Positions 1 through 11,689 of a stretch of 64,000 nt of DNA are shown here, one piece after another. The notes under the pieces are model-generated. The model had not been told where the DNA came from. It saw only the letters and a program-made list of their open reading frames with translations, and did no database searches. Each line of letters starts with the position of its first letter. The first letter of the stretch is position 1. The DNA is from Isurus oxyrinchus (Eukaryota). The stretch spans positions 38,502,001 to 38,566,000 of the forward strand of contig JANJGN010000026.1 of the NCBI GenBank assembly GCA_026770705.1, in the 5' to 3' direction. A program made the position numbers and the translations under genes.

Positions 1-1842
1 TCGGTCCGATTTCTACTCATCTGATGTCAATGGGACAGAGAACTGGATCGAGTATAAAACTGGCAGAAAGTTTGCTTACCAGCTCAAAGCCAATTTCACC
101 CCTCAACCACGTCAGGCAGGTGAAGCTTAACTTCAAGCGGAAGTGCGAAATGGCTGATAATGAAACTGCAGCTCATTCCACATCCCTCCAGAATTGTAAC
201 ATGCCTGAAAACAATGGGGCCATAATTCAAAGCAGATGTAATATCGGCTATTGTACTCGCAATTGTCATTTTTAGACTAATACAAAATCAAAATCTACCC
301 AAAGTTGATATCGTTGGAGATGTATTCTCCAGTTCCCCACTTGTAGAAGAATAGCCGTGAATTATTGTTTTTGAAAAAGTTAACAGAATATTACTTTTGA
401 AAATTGAATCTAGTGACCTGAGCAGCCTTCGCAATGGATGGTGTAAAGGAATAGTATTGTATATTGTATAGCAGAGTATTGGGTATTGGGTGTTTAAGAG
501 ACTTCATTATTAATGCTTGAGATTAAAACAAATAAATATTAAATCGATGGAATGTTAGTGTACCCCTGAGAAAATGAGTTCAAACAAATACCTGGAGATG
601 ACTGTGTCACATTGTTAATTGTCATTGACAGAACCAGCTTCATAAAACAGTCATTTGTCCAATTAATTATTTAGTCCAAAGAATTACCCGGAACTCCAAT
701 AGCAGCAAGAATTGGATGGTAAATGCCGTAAACTACGCCAGATATTCGGCCGTGCATTTTCTACAACAAGAGAGGATCTCTACCAGTGATAATTGATAAC
801 AGAGATTCTCTGTGCCAAGCTCAAACAGACCCTCATTTACACTGTTGGAATTCTACAGAGAGGCAATTAGCTTCTCTAATTATTTACAGTTATTTCAACA
901 AATAGATTCAGCAATAATTTGCATGTACTTTTTGGGAGATGGTAGAATGTTGGGACACACTTTGGAGACGACTATAGAGTCTTGATATCTCATGCAGCCC
1001 AATGTGGCATTGAATGGAACTTGTTAGTACTTGGGCAGATCTAAACTAGGCTTAGTCATGTGGAATGTTCATTTATGGGGGACGCTGAAAGAAAGATTGT
1101 TAGCCATCAGACCGAAGCCAGTATAGCTCAATGACATGAGACTAGATAAGAATCAGAATGACAGTGGGAGTCACATGTTGCCGAATGCACTCACATACTT
1201 GAAGTTAGACTCACACCCAACACATCAGGTCCCTGCACAATGCAAGTTGTACACACACAATGCAAGTTAAGTCAGCATTAGCCAACGATTATGCACACAA
1301 CACAAAGAGTAATCTCACGACAACAACATGCATTTAACAACACATTAACATGATAAAATATCCTAAAGCACCTCACACGGGAGTTATGAAACAAAATTTA
1401 GATTAAGTCACATGAAATATTGGGGTATTTTTGTACCAGCCATAGGCTTCTTGATTATTACGCTAGGCTCTTTCTCTGTGAATGTTTCACCGCCTCCCCA
1501 TTATTGTTGTGTTGGCCACTTCCTCCTTGATTATTATGCTCGGCTCTGCCAGGCCCTAATTATTATTGTACTCACAAGTTCATATGCTTTGCTTCATGAG
1601 CATACAGGGATAAACAAGATCCAGATTGTGATTATTACCACAACATTGCATTGAATTAATGGCATGTACTCCTCGAAAGCTATTGTTTCTACTTTACGTG
1701 TTGACTGTACGAAATCATTTTGAGTTGAAAGAAAAAATTGATGTTTAACAAACTTACTGAATAAATACATTTAAAATTGTCATTCTCTTCCGATCCTTGT
1801 TTCAACCACTATCCATTCCACCTAAATACCAAATCTTAGCGA
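1..1842 (+). repeat. Segmental duplication, direct copy of 29994-31826 (GPCR exon 1 and flanks)
   Basis: Colinear similarity throughout, e.g. gatgtcaatgggacagagaactggatcgag near 23 and 30016, and the parallel ORFs 24-275 and 30017-30355. Confidence 0.9.
688..757 (-). CDS. Exon 1 of a GPR139/GPR142-like GPCR (copy A); exon 2 would lie left of the window and functional status is unknown
   Basis: The minus strand reads MHGRISGVVYGIYHPILAAIGVP+G followed by a GTAATT donor. The exon is 70 nt, the same length and phase as exon 1 of the intact GPCR at 40762-40831. Confidence 0.85.
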
Positions 1843-1859
1843 ACTAGCTGGAGCGGTAC

Positions 1860-2200
1860 AGGGCCCCAGGAGTTCCAGGATTTTGACCCAGTGACAGTGA
1901 AGGATCGGCGATATATTTCCAAGTCAGGATGGTGAATGGCTTGGAGGTGAACTTCCAGGTGGTGGTGTTTCCATGGGTCTGCTGCCCTTGGCCTTCTAGT
2001 TGGTAGTGGTCATGGGTTTGGATGGAGCTGTCGAAGGGACCTTGGTGAATTCCTGCAGTGCAACTTGTAGATGGTACACACTGCTGCTATTGTGTGTCTG
2101 TGGTGGAGGGAGTGGATCTTTGTGGATGTCATGCAAATTAAGCTGGCTGGATAGTGTCAGACGTCTTGAGTATTGTTGGAGCTGCACTCATCCAGGCAAC
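1860..2200 (-). mobile_element. Shark LINE 3' fragment (same family as 51540-52180 and 56565-56880)
   Basis: Its reverse complement matches the ...ctagaaggacaagggcagcagat...gggtcaaaatcctggaactcc block repeated at 51.9 kb and 56.6 kb. Confidence 0.7.
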
Positions 2201-2779
2201 CATTTTGTCTGTGCAGCAGTACTCAGGGGAGAACGGAGTTTATACCATGAAAGAAATACTTACTGAGATGTGAGATAATGATGAGGGATGCTGTGAGGTT
2301 TTGTCCCCGTGATAATTCTTGAGTCTGTCGCTCTTCAGTGCGGGAAATTATCTGTCAGGTCTTGCGACCATACAAACAAGGAGCAGGAGTAGGCCATTCA
2401 GCCCATCGAGCCTGCTCCATCATTTAATCAGATCATGGCTGATCGGTTTTTCACGGAGTAACCATCTATTGATATTGGTCAGAATCAGTGAGGCCAGTTT
2501 TGCCTCTACTCTCAAGCATTCAAACACATACACGGCCTCACAGAAACACCTCTATGCAGGCAGATATATACCAACACAGAGATCCATTGAAGATCAAGTT
2601 GTCTCTCAGCTCAATCTGTGCCCAAACTCTCTCTCAGAACTAGTAAAGTTTAAAGAGTCTTTCGGTTCAATTATAGACCAAGCTGTCTCTCAGATCAGTT
2701 AGTATCCCCGCTGCATTGTGTGTATATTTTATTTGGCTCTGCTTAGTCAGACACGGCCTTCATGTTCAGATTCTGTGAG

Positions 2780-3004
2780 TTAAGCCCATGGAAGTGACAT
2801 CCTCCCACCCTCTCAGCTCTTCATATTGGATGTTCCGCAGGAAATGACATCGGACCAATCCGAGCCCTTTCTGATGGTAAAGTGACTTCAGTGCTTTCTG
2901 ATTGGATATTTTGTAGCTCCCTGAGGAACAGAGAAGTCGCTGGGATTCTGGAGCAGCAGCAATGCTTTCTCTTATCACTGTTGTCTTGGGGACATTCATT
3001 GATG
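2780..3004 (+). pseudogene. Orphan TCR V promoter plus leader exon (2962-3004, MLSLITVVLGTFID) with dead donor and no V exon
   Basis: GAAGTGACATC and GGAAATGACATC motifs precede gcagcagcaATG and a hydrophobic leader. The donor position reads AT instead of GT. Paralogous to 54400-54593. Confidence 0.6.
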
Positions 3005-4153
3005 ATAAGAGGATGAAACATTTTAATTTCAGGATGAATCAATGTGGAAGGCTGAGAGTTGAAGAAATCCTTTAATTGACGTGCTGTTGGACCACATTTG
3101 CAGTGTTACCAAAAGCAGATAGAAGACCTAAAGAAATTGTGTGTATGTGTTGTGGGGGGGGGGGGTGGGGGGGGGGTGGGGTTGGTGGTGGTGGTGGTGG
3201 TGGGGGGGGGGGGGTGATATTTATAAGGGCGAGGGTAGAATTGAGAGACAGCATCGGTGAGAAATAATTGCAGCGGATGGGGCTGTTCTCACCAGTTAAT
3301 TCAGGACTGAGAGACTAGCTGAGAGAGATCTGTAAAAGGTTGACGTAGTTTGACAGGGTTGAAATGGATTTTTTTTCCCGCTTATCACGGATTATAAAGC
3401 TACAGGGCACAAATACAAGAGGGGGGAAAGCATCGAATGGGGAATTCAGGAGAAGGTTTGCCCGTAGGGAATGGTTACAATGTTGAATTGACCTTCACAA
3501 AGAGGGTTTCGAGTGAATAATGTCCCTGATATATTGTTAACCTTTGCAACCAGTATGGGGTTTTTGGCACAAGGGCACTCCAGTGTTGGTGGAGGGTAGT
3601 TCCCAAGGATATTTAAAGCAATGCTTGTGATTTCCTTTTGTAAAACAGCAGATACCCTGTCTGGGGCCACAAGAAGCAGGTAACAATCTCCAGAATATTG
3701 GGGTAAGAGCGGGGCAGGGGGATTCTCCTGGTGCCCTGGGCACAGATTCCACCTTTAACAAACACCACACATTACAAACACATGCACCGAGAACACAGTT
3801 CATTACTGTGGGGAAAGGAAGGCGGCAGCACACCTGATAGAAAAGCTCCCCTCCCCCATCCCTGCACACCAGAGTATTGTGGGAAGGGATTTCACAACCG
3901 GATCACAATCCAAATGAAGGGTCAGAAAATTGCAGCTTCCTTTTATAAACCTGTCTCTTATTCACACAACACTTAGCCAGCGACCCGGGAACCATGCGGC
4001 CCATCAATGCTCTCAGCGAAACTGCCCTGTGAAAATCAACTCGATCCCTTCAAGTGTTTCAGTTCAGCTCTGAGGCCCGGTCTCCCAGTGCAGTCCAGGG
4101 CAACAGTCTCCAGCTCCTCGTCATATAAACCCTCAGCTCCAGGCAGCAGAACG

Positions 4154-4613
4154 ATGGGAATCCTTCTTGTTTTCACCCTCTGTGTATGTTTACCACGTGA
4201 ATACCGATCAAACAAACCGACATTGTGTGGGTTTAACATAAAGCTGCCCGAGTCCAATTACAGAAACAGTCTTGGGTTTTAACCCCGTTCTGTGGTTCGG
4301 CTCTGATGGTCCATTAAACTCTCTCTGTTTAATTTCCAGGCACTTTCAGTCAGTCAGTGGTACAGAACCCGCCAGCGGTGACCAGGGAAGGAGGGTCAGT
4401 CTCTCACCATCAGCTGTGTTTTCTGTAGCGGATTCTTTGCTTAACCTTTGACGGGCGGGGATTTCATCAGACAAACCCAGCGGGAGCGGATCTCCAACGG
4501 GGGGAGATATGTTGAGTCAGTGAATGAAGCAGAAAATACATTTTCGCTGGAAATTCGGGATGTGAGAGTTGAAGACACCACCACCTATTACTGTAAAGCT
4601 CAGTACAGATACT
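4154..4613 (+). pseudogene. NAR-TCR V segment (IgNAR-like V), cassette 1: leader 4154-4196, V exon 4340-4613
   Basis: Leader MGILLVFTLCVCLP|GT. The V reads QSVVQNPPAVTR/KEGQSLTISCVF...RERISNGGRYVESVNEAENTFSLEIRDVRVEDTTTYYCKAQYRY, with the short C'-C'' region and GGRYVE motif of VNAR domains. It has a +1 frameshift near 4387 and an in-frame TAA near 4442. Confidence 0.9.
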
Positions 4614-4651
4614 CACAGTGATGGGCCTCGGCTTCCCGCGATACAAAACTT
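4614..4651 (+). other. RSS of NAR-TCR V1 (23-class, 22-nt spacer)
   Basis: CACAGTG + 22 nt + ACAAAACTT. Confidence 0.85.
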
Positions 4652-4958
4652 TCACTGCAGATTATTACAGAAACAAATGAAAAAGCGGAGTAAGTCTGCA
4701 GTTAAACCCCCCACAGTTCCGCCTCACACCGTCTGCCCCACAGTATGATTTATAATGAGATTGGATTGTTGCCGTTAACATCTTGAGTTTTATAACTGCC
4801 GCGTGTGTGCGGATAGTGATGTCTTTCCCGGGGTCGGGAATGACTGATCCCAGTTACAAACTCCTGACACCAGATGTGATCCTGTTCCAACAGCTGGAAT
4901 CGGGAACCACACTCCCAGCTGTTTAACTAATATCCTCACATCTCACCAAGTATCCGAG

Positions 4959-5032
4959 GGATTTTATCCTCACTTGTAACACCGTGTTGGGTGCGTGGGG
5001 AAGCCACAGCAGGAGAAACCTGAGCAAATGCC
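4959..5032 (+). other. NAR-TCR D segment (4987-5004, TTGGGTGCGTGGGGAAGC) flanked by two 12-RSS
   Basis: GGATTTTAT-12-CACCGTG | D | CACAGCA-12-GCAAATGCC. The same architecture is present in the paralog at 36590-36663. Confidence 0.85.
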
Positions 5033-5345
5033 TCTGTACAATCAGAATATAAATTCTCTGGGCCCGGATAGTGAATTGTCGTGTCGATGAAATTTTCGCT
5101 GTAATCTGTTTACATTTCATTGAAATTTCCACCATTCAGCTATCTTTCTTTGATAGTTTTCTCGTTTTATATGCAGCGAAGATTTCGTTCCTGGGATCAT
5201 TTACTCAGAGCTCAGGGCCTCACAAAGAACAGTTTGAATCGACAGAGACTTTAAAACATTGAATATTGTTGATTTATTTAAATCCGCTGAATAATTGGGC
5301 AGTTTATACTGTCTGATGATGATTTCCCGCTGTCGAGGTGTCGGC

Positions 5346-5436
5346 GGTTGTTGTACCGGGGAGACTGAGAACAGTGCCACTGTGGCGGATACTAAATATG
5401 TGGATGGATCCGGGATGATGGTGACTGTCACAGCCG
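5346..5436 (+). other. NAR-TCR J segment (5385-5436, ADTKYVDGSGMMVTVTA) with 23-RSS
   Basis: GGTTGTTGT-23-CACTGTG precedes a J with an IgNAR-like DGxG..VTV motif and a phase-1 GTAAGT donor. Confidence 0.9.
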
Positions 5437-6349
5437 GTAAGTTACTCCAAACCCCGCCAGGTTACAGCATGGGACGAGTCATGTTCACCATCAGTTTGTT
5501 ATTGTGATCAAAGGAGTTTGGGGGGAATGTGGGAGATGACGGAATCTGGATCATTATTGGTATAACGGGCACATCGAGGACAACATCAACATCCCGGACT
5601 CTCACAATCTAAATCGCTTTTAATGAGCAGAGATTGTCGATGATCTGGACTCCACTCCCGGTGTTGACTGTGACCGAGGGAGCTCTGTGAGTCCCTGAGC
5701 GCCCGGGAGCGGGGGTCACAGAGCTCTCACCTGGGCAGCAGATTACAGACCGAGCCGCGCAATGTGAATGAGGCCCCGGGTGAATAAACTCAACACAACT
5801 GCTGCCAGTTCGGATACTTGCAGCAGCTCGTTCAATAGCTGACCCAGGAGGAAAACGGGAGAGCGACACAATGGACTTCAGATATAAGAGACCCTGATGT
5901 GGGTCTAGGTGGAATTTTATTATTGGGAAATCAGTGACTGAAATTAGTGACATTGTCCTCACCATTTCTTTCAATTGTCTTCATAAAACGAATCACTTTC
6001 CTCCTTTCCCATCCTCAGACCGAAATGTGAACGTTTGGAACTGCGGACACTCCTCTATATTGAAAGTAAATGTTTGAGAGATGGGATTGCTGTAATGTAT
6101 CTGTGCCCCTGATAACTGTGAATTGAAAGAGCACAGTACAATGAGAGAGTGAAGGCAATGCATTAATCTTATATTTAACAGAATATAATATAAACAGAAA
6201 CGTAAGAAAACAGTTATAAACTAGGAGAATGCTCATTTAGAACTAGCAAGAAATAATTAATCACATGGAGAGAAGGATTGGATGATTTCTAGGCGCCTTT
6301 CAAAGCACAATTCGACCCAAGAGTGTTGGGTGATGTTTATGGAGGGAAG

Positions 6350-6920
6350 GACTGAAGTTGACTCTAGTCTGGAATATTGTGTAAAGTTTTGGTCTCCTTA
6401 TAGAAGAGAGATCAATCTGCATTGGAAGGAGTGCAGCAAACGTTCATCAGCCTGATTCCTGAGATGAAGGGATTGTAAAATGAGGAGTGATTGAATCGAG
6501 ATTTGGGTCTATATTTTCCAAGGTTTGCAAGAATGTGAGGCGATTTCATTAAAACATATAATATTTACAAGGGGCTTTACACGGCAGATTCCGAGTGGCT
6601 GTTTCCCCAGGCTGAGGAGTATAGAACTCGGGGTCAAAGTTTCAGGATAAAGAGTCACCCATTAGAGCTGAGAAGGAAAATGTATCTTCAGTCGAACCAT
6701 TGTTGCAAATCAGTGACATCCTGTTACTCAGAGAGCGGTGGGTGTTCATAATCTGTGTGCATTCAAGACAATATTCGGTAGGTTTTCAGAAACTAAAGGA
6801 ATCAGAGATATGGGCAGGGCGCGGGAATGCGACGTTGAGGTTGTAAATCAGCCAGGATATTACTGAATGGCGGAGCAGGTTTGAAAGGTGACATGGCTGC
6901 TCCTGCTTCTATTGATTGGA
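6350..6920 (+). mobile_element. CR1-type LINE 3' fragment in the J-to-supporting-V intron
   Basis: Degenerate RT C-terminus (LEYCVKFWSP-like) and a typical 3' tail gaatggcggagcagg...ctcctgcttct. Paralog at 34750-35290 (-). Confidence 0.75.
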
Positions 6921-8396
6921 TTCTCTGCTTTGATTTCTTACACTCCTGGGGAAAGAAATCAGCAACAATCCACATCTCTCTGGGAAGGTTGAACAGGCTG
7001 GGTCTTTTTTTTCTGGAAAACAGAACCACAAGGAGAATCCATAGAAATATTTTCAAGAATGAACTGTTTTAGTCTGGACAAATTGTTCATTTGTGGCTGA
7101 ATCCAAAGCAATAGCTGTCAACATATGACTAACTAAAAGAACAAATAAAACATTTAAGACAAATGAACAGAAACAAAGGCAGGTCAGAATGTGGAACTTG
7201 CTGCCACAGGGAGAGGTTGGAGATAGTATTAATCTCTTTATGGAACACTTGAAAATACAGGAGGGAGAACGGAACAGACCAACACAGGGAGCTGGATGTA
7301 AATAGTCAATAAGATTCCTGTGGGGGCAGGGCTGGAATTGATTATATACACAGGCTGAATGGCCCATTCCTCTTCCTCATTCTTCTTCCCTTTCTATGTA
7401 AAAGTGAGATGAAACTCCACCAGTGAACCCGGGAGAGAATCAGTCAATAAGCGGAAAGAATTGAAATTGTCAGAGAGCCGGAAGAGGCAGTTCCCAGTGA
7501 GTAACAGTAAAACCACTGCGGAAACTGAACAGACTGATCCCAACCGACAACTTGGAGACTTTGGGACAAGTTCCCACGATTGCAAAAACCGCAAACATCA
7601 CAACGAAAATGCGAAATAAAGGGAATGTGAAATCAAAGAAATAAAATAATATTAATTGTACATATTTGAAATTAAGCTGAACTGGAGAAAATAGGACCCT
7701 ATTGATAGAACATAGAGAAATACAGCAAAAGGCAGGGAGAAATTCCCGAGTAGTTTCAAACCGCAGTAATTGATTGACATTTGATCACTGGTGCACAACC
7801 TCGGTTTTGCCCAATCGGTGCTGATGATTCCCATCAGTTAGTGTTGGATCTTGCTGTGCACAGTCATGCCACACATCTGTGTTTCTCCCAAAAAACGTTT
7901 TTGTTTTGGAAACTGGTTGCCTCGATGAACATAAAATGTTCCCTCGGGTTTGTGTTTCACCAAGAAAATAGAAACGGGATTGTAATATAATTCATAGAAT
8001 TATCCAGCAGGGAATGAAGGCATATGGCCCCTCGTGTAGGCGCCGACCCTTTAAAAGTGCAATCCAATTGTCCCTCCTGCCCATGAATTTTCTCCATAGC
8101 TCTATATTTTACTTACATTTCCAGCACCGATCCCTTACCCGTTTGAAAGTTACAATTGAATCTGTACCCAACACCAATTCAGACAGTGCAGTCCTAATCA
8201 GAAGAGTTCATCATGTAAAATAAGATATCACCTCATTCCCCACTTGATCATATTTTCATAAGAGTGAACACAGTTCAAACAAGCTTCCAGCAAATAAAAT
8301 TATTGCACAAAGCAGAGCTCTTCAGGCAGTTGACATATTTACCTGGACAAACAGAGGTTAAACAAAAGTAAAATGTTCATTTTCTTTATCCTCCAG

Positions 8397-8618
8397 CTTC
8401 CAGTTCCATAATTTCCCGGAAGCCACCTGTACAATCCTCCCCTGCCAGTGACACCGTTACCTTAAGCTGTGAATACTCAGGGTTCTGTCCGTACACAGTT
8501 CACTGGTACCATCAGTCCCCAGGACAGGCTCTGGAATATCCGCTTCAGAGACACACTTCAGGATAGGAGAATAAAGACAACGCTGCTGGGGGGAGAATTT
8601 CTGCTTCTATCGATACTG
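8397..8618 (+). pseudogene. Supporting TCR V-delta of cassette 1 (leaderless), 3'-truncated
   Basis: ctccag acceptor in phase with the J. Reads SSSIISRKPPVQSSPASDTVTLSCEYSGFCPYTVHWYHQSPGQALEYPLQRHTSG*ENKDNAAGGRISASID, with an extra CDR1 Cys (8486-8488) and an in-frame TAG. Similarity to the paralog ends near 8618. Confidence 0.88.
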
Positions 8619-9969
8619 TTCTCCTTACTATATGATCCCCTGTTACTATTGCTCTTCCTCACTTCCTCCCCACACCCTGTACAGACAGGCTGCTTGTGGT
8701 GCCGGAAGCTTAGCTCTGTCTGCACTCCCTGGAGGAACCAGCACCCTCATCAGCCTCCAAAATGCAACCCCGATTTCCGAGTGGGGCCCTAGGGGATTCC
8801 TGAACGACCTGCCTGTTTCTCTTGGACTGCCTGGTGGTCACCCATTCCCTTCCTTCCTCAAGTCCTTTCAGCTGCCTCTCTAAACGTGCTATCTACGATA
8901 CTCTCAGATTCACCGATGATCCTGACAGTTTATTTTATGCCGTTGTGTGATGATTCTTTAAGAACATACAGTAAAATCCGCACTTAAATTGAAGTGTCCG
9001 CAATGTAGACATATTTACTTTCGTCCCAAATTGTGACCAAATAGTTATCTAAAAGAATGCGCCTGCGATTGTCCTGCGGGTGATATTTTCCCCTCCCCTC
9101 TTGTGTCTCACAGCAGAAAGTTAACCAAATTCGAAACAGAAACAGAAAATGCTGGAAATACAGCCAGAAACAGAGTGAAGGTTCCAGTCTGTGACCTTTC
9201 ACCAGAAACAAGCAACTCCTCAGTGCTCAGGCGAAATGTCACGGACATGAAACTTTCACTGTGATTCGCTCTGCACTGATGCTTCCCGGCCTGCCGAGTA
9301 TGTCCAGAATTTTCTGTTTTTATACCACAAACTGGTACTGCCCTCGAGAGACGGCTCACTGTAAACGTTTCCAAAGCCAGTTGAGAAGAAGCGGGTTATT
9401 TTCTTTTTTGGAAAAAGATACTTTATTCATAAAATATCTGAAAGAACAGAATAAAACATTTCAAAATGGCCATCACAAAAAGTGCAATCATATTCCAGTT
9501 TTCCACAAAGTTCATGAGGTGCTTCCATCCAATCAATGAACACGATAGACATTTGAACATGATTATGACAAATAGACAGTGCAATGGTATTCAATAAGGT
9601 CATGTGTGATCTGGCTGTAACCTGCTACCTACCCCTGGTTACCTTTCACTCCCTTGTTTATCAAAAATCGATGTTCCTCTGCCTTGAAAACATTCAAAGA
9701 CTCTGCTTCCCCTGCCCTTTGAGCAACGGAGATCCAAAGATTCTACTTTCTGAGAGAAAAAATTCCTCTCATCTCTGTTTTAAATGGCAGCCCCGTTATT
9801 TTTAAATAGTGACCCCTAGTTCTAGATTCTCCCACAAGAGGAGAGATCCTTTATTTGTGTGATTTATTTTTTGTGCAGATGGTTAATCTGTATTTGATAT
9901 TATTATGAAATAATTAAACATTCAATTAAATTACTCGGATGATGAACTGCTTTTTTTGCAGAATCGCTC

Positions 9970-10190
9970 TCATGAAACCATTGCCGATTATTGTAAAAAC
10001 CCATCTGGTTCAATACTGCCCTTTCCTTCCTTTAGAGAAGGAAATCTGCTGTCCTCACCTAGTCTGGCCTACATGTGACTCCAGATACACAGCAATGTTG
10101 TTGGCTCTTTAATGCCCTCTGAACAAGGGCACTTAGGGATGGATAATAAATGCTGGCCTATCCAGCGAAGCATACATTCGAAAAATTAAT
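9970..10190 (+). mobile_element. Shark SINE/LINE-tail repeat (HE1-like); related copies at ~13850-14190, 28830-29190 and 59420-59680 on -
   Basis: aaaacccatctggttca...ggaaatctgctgtcc...ggcctacatgtgactccaga...aataaatgctggcc recurs in the window. Confidence 0.6.
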
Positions 10191-10199
10191 AAAAAGAAT

Positions 10200-11090
10200 A
10201 AAATGTACAGATCAACATCTAGTGGAACGTAAGCGGAGATGGGATTTTGTGTAGTATGAACAGCGATAGATTCCACTATAGCCGCAACTTGGCAGGGTTA
10301 CAAGTATTATAAAGACTGGTTTGATCCAGTCAAATAATAACGAATACAGGGCCAAGAGTAACATACGAAGAGTTATGTTCTTGCGTTAAATAAACCAGAA
10401 CAGCGTCTTCTTTAACATAAAACAAGAAATGGATGACTGCACAAATAACCGAATCAGCCACTAGCGTAATATGGCCGAAGCATAATTTAACGCATTGAAA
10501 TCTAATGCCTGGCCTGCTGTAATGTCAACAGGTATATATTCAACTGCAGTAATAATTGACGCCGGTTCTCCTCTCATGAACGCAGAGATATGGTGAAGCG
10601 GAATAATAACTTAGAGACGGCCAATCTGAATTTACATTGACACATGTTCGAGAGCAGAAGGAAATGAGACAGAAGCTAGTGCAAAGAGGTCAGAGACGGG
10701 GTCCAGTGAAATATGCACCGATATGCATTCTCGTGCAGTAATAACCGAACGAGGACCAAGTGCAATACAAAACTGAGACACGGTCTGTAGAAATATTATC
10801 ATGTAATATAAACAGAAACGTTATCTAGCGTGAAATGAGACAAAGACCTTGGGTAAAATAGACAGAGGGAGCATCCAGTGTAATAATATCTTGGATAAAG
10901 CCTGGAATAATCTGCAAATAGACATTTCTTACTTGAGCACTAACAATGGCAGGATGTAAATTAAACAGTTCCATAATCTTGTGCAGTAAAAAATGAGGCT
11001 GGTTCAGCGTGATATAAGTACAGGCCTAGTCTCGTGCTGTAATACCAGTGGACTTAGTGCAATATAACCAGAGGCATGGAGGCTTTAGTA
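10200..11090. repeat. Degenerate AT-rich minisatellite (~25-30 nt unit, GTAATATAAACAGAGACA-like)
   Basis: Recurrent imperfect gtaatataaacaga(a/g)ac..gtctag units. Similar tracts at 12480-12660, 38880-39640 and 44430-44770. Confidence 0.5.
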
Positions 11091-11689
11091 ATTATTAAAG
11101 ACAGAAAGTTGTGGAAAAACTCTGCAGGTCTCGAAGCTCTGCGGACTCGAAACGTTAACTCTGTTTCTCTCTCTACAGATGCTGTCAGACTTGCTGTGTT
11201 TTTCCAGCATTTTCTGCCTTTATTTCAGACTTCTAGCATCCGCAGTATTTTGCTTTTGATTGTAGGCTTTGTCTGGTGCGGTAAAAACTGAGAAAGGATC
11301 TCCTTTAAAAACTAGCGGCATGGTTTAGTGCCTTTTTAAATAGAAAAGTCCGATAGTAATAGAAACGGAGGTGTTGCTGATAAAAGTGAAATTCTGTCAT
11401 AGCTTTTCATCTAGCACTCATCAGGACAGTTATGCAACTATAAGCTGTCCTGCTGAGTGCGAGACGGAAAGCTTCGACAGCATTTCCCTTTTTTCAACAA
11501 CACTCAAGGTCTATTTAGTTTTCCAAGTTACCTTCCCAACTCGCAGCTGTTAAAACTTATGTTGCTAACTCGATTGTTGCATTCTTCTCTTGTTGTTTGT
11601 ACAACTGGGCAGCTTTCTCAAGTTCTGCACTAAGAAACAAAGGTATGGTCCACTGGCACCGGGTGGACGCAGATTAAAACAACAGTGGT

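Larger units (their letters stand above)
3685..8614 (+). repeat. Inverted segmental duplication, paralog of 33450-37925 (whole NAR-TCR cassette)
   Basis: Leader, V, D, J, intronic CR1 fragments and supporting V all recur in reverse order and orientation. Confidence 0.92.

Noticed and set aside
3072-3267. Poly-Pro/poly-Gly ORFs (also near 20680, 32940 and 43910)
   Set aside because: They are translations of G/C homopolymer tracts.
5040-5340. Second D segment between D and J
   Set aside because: Nonamer-like and CAC-containing words do not pair with 12/23 spacing in both cassettes.
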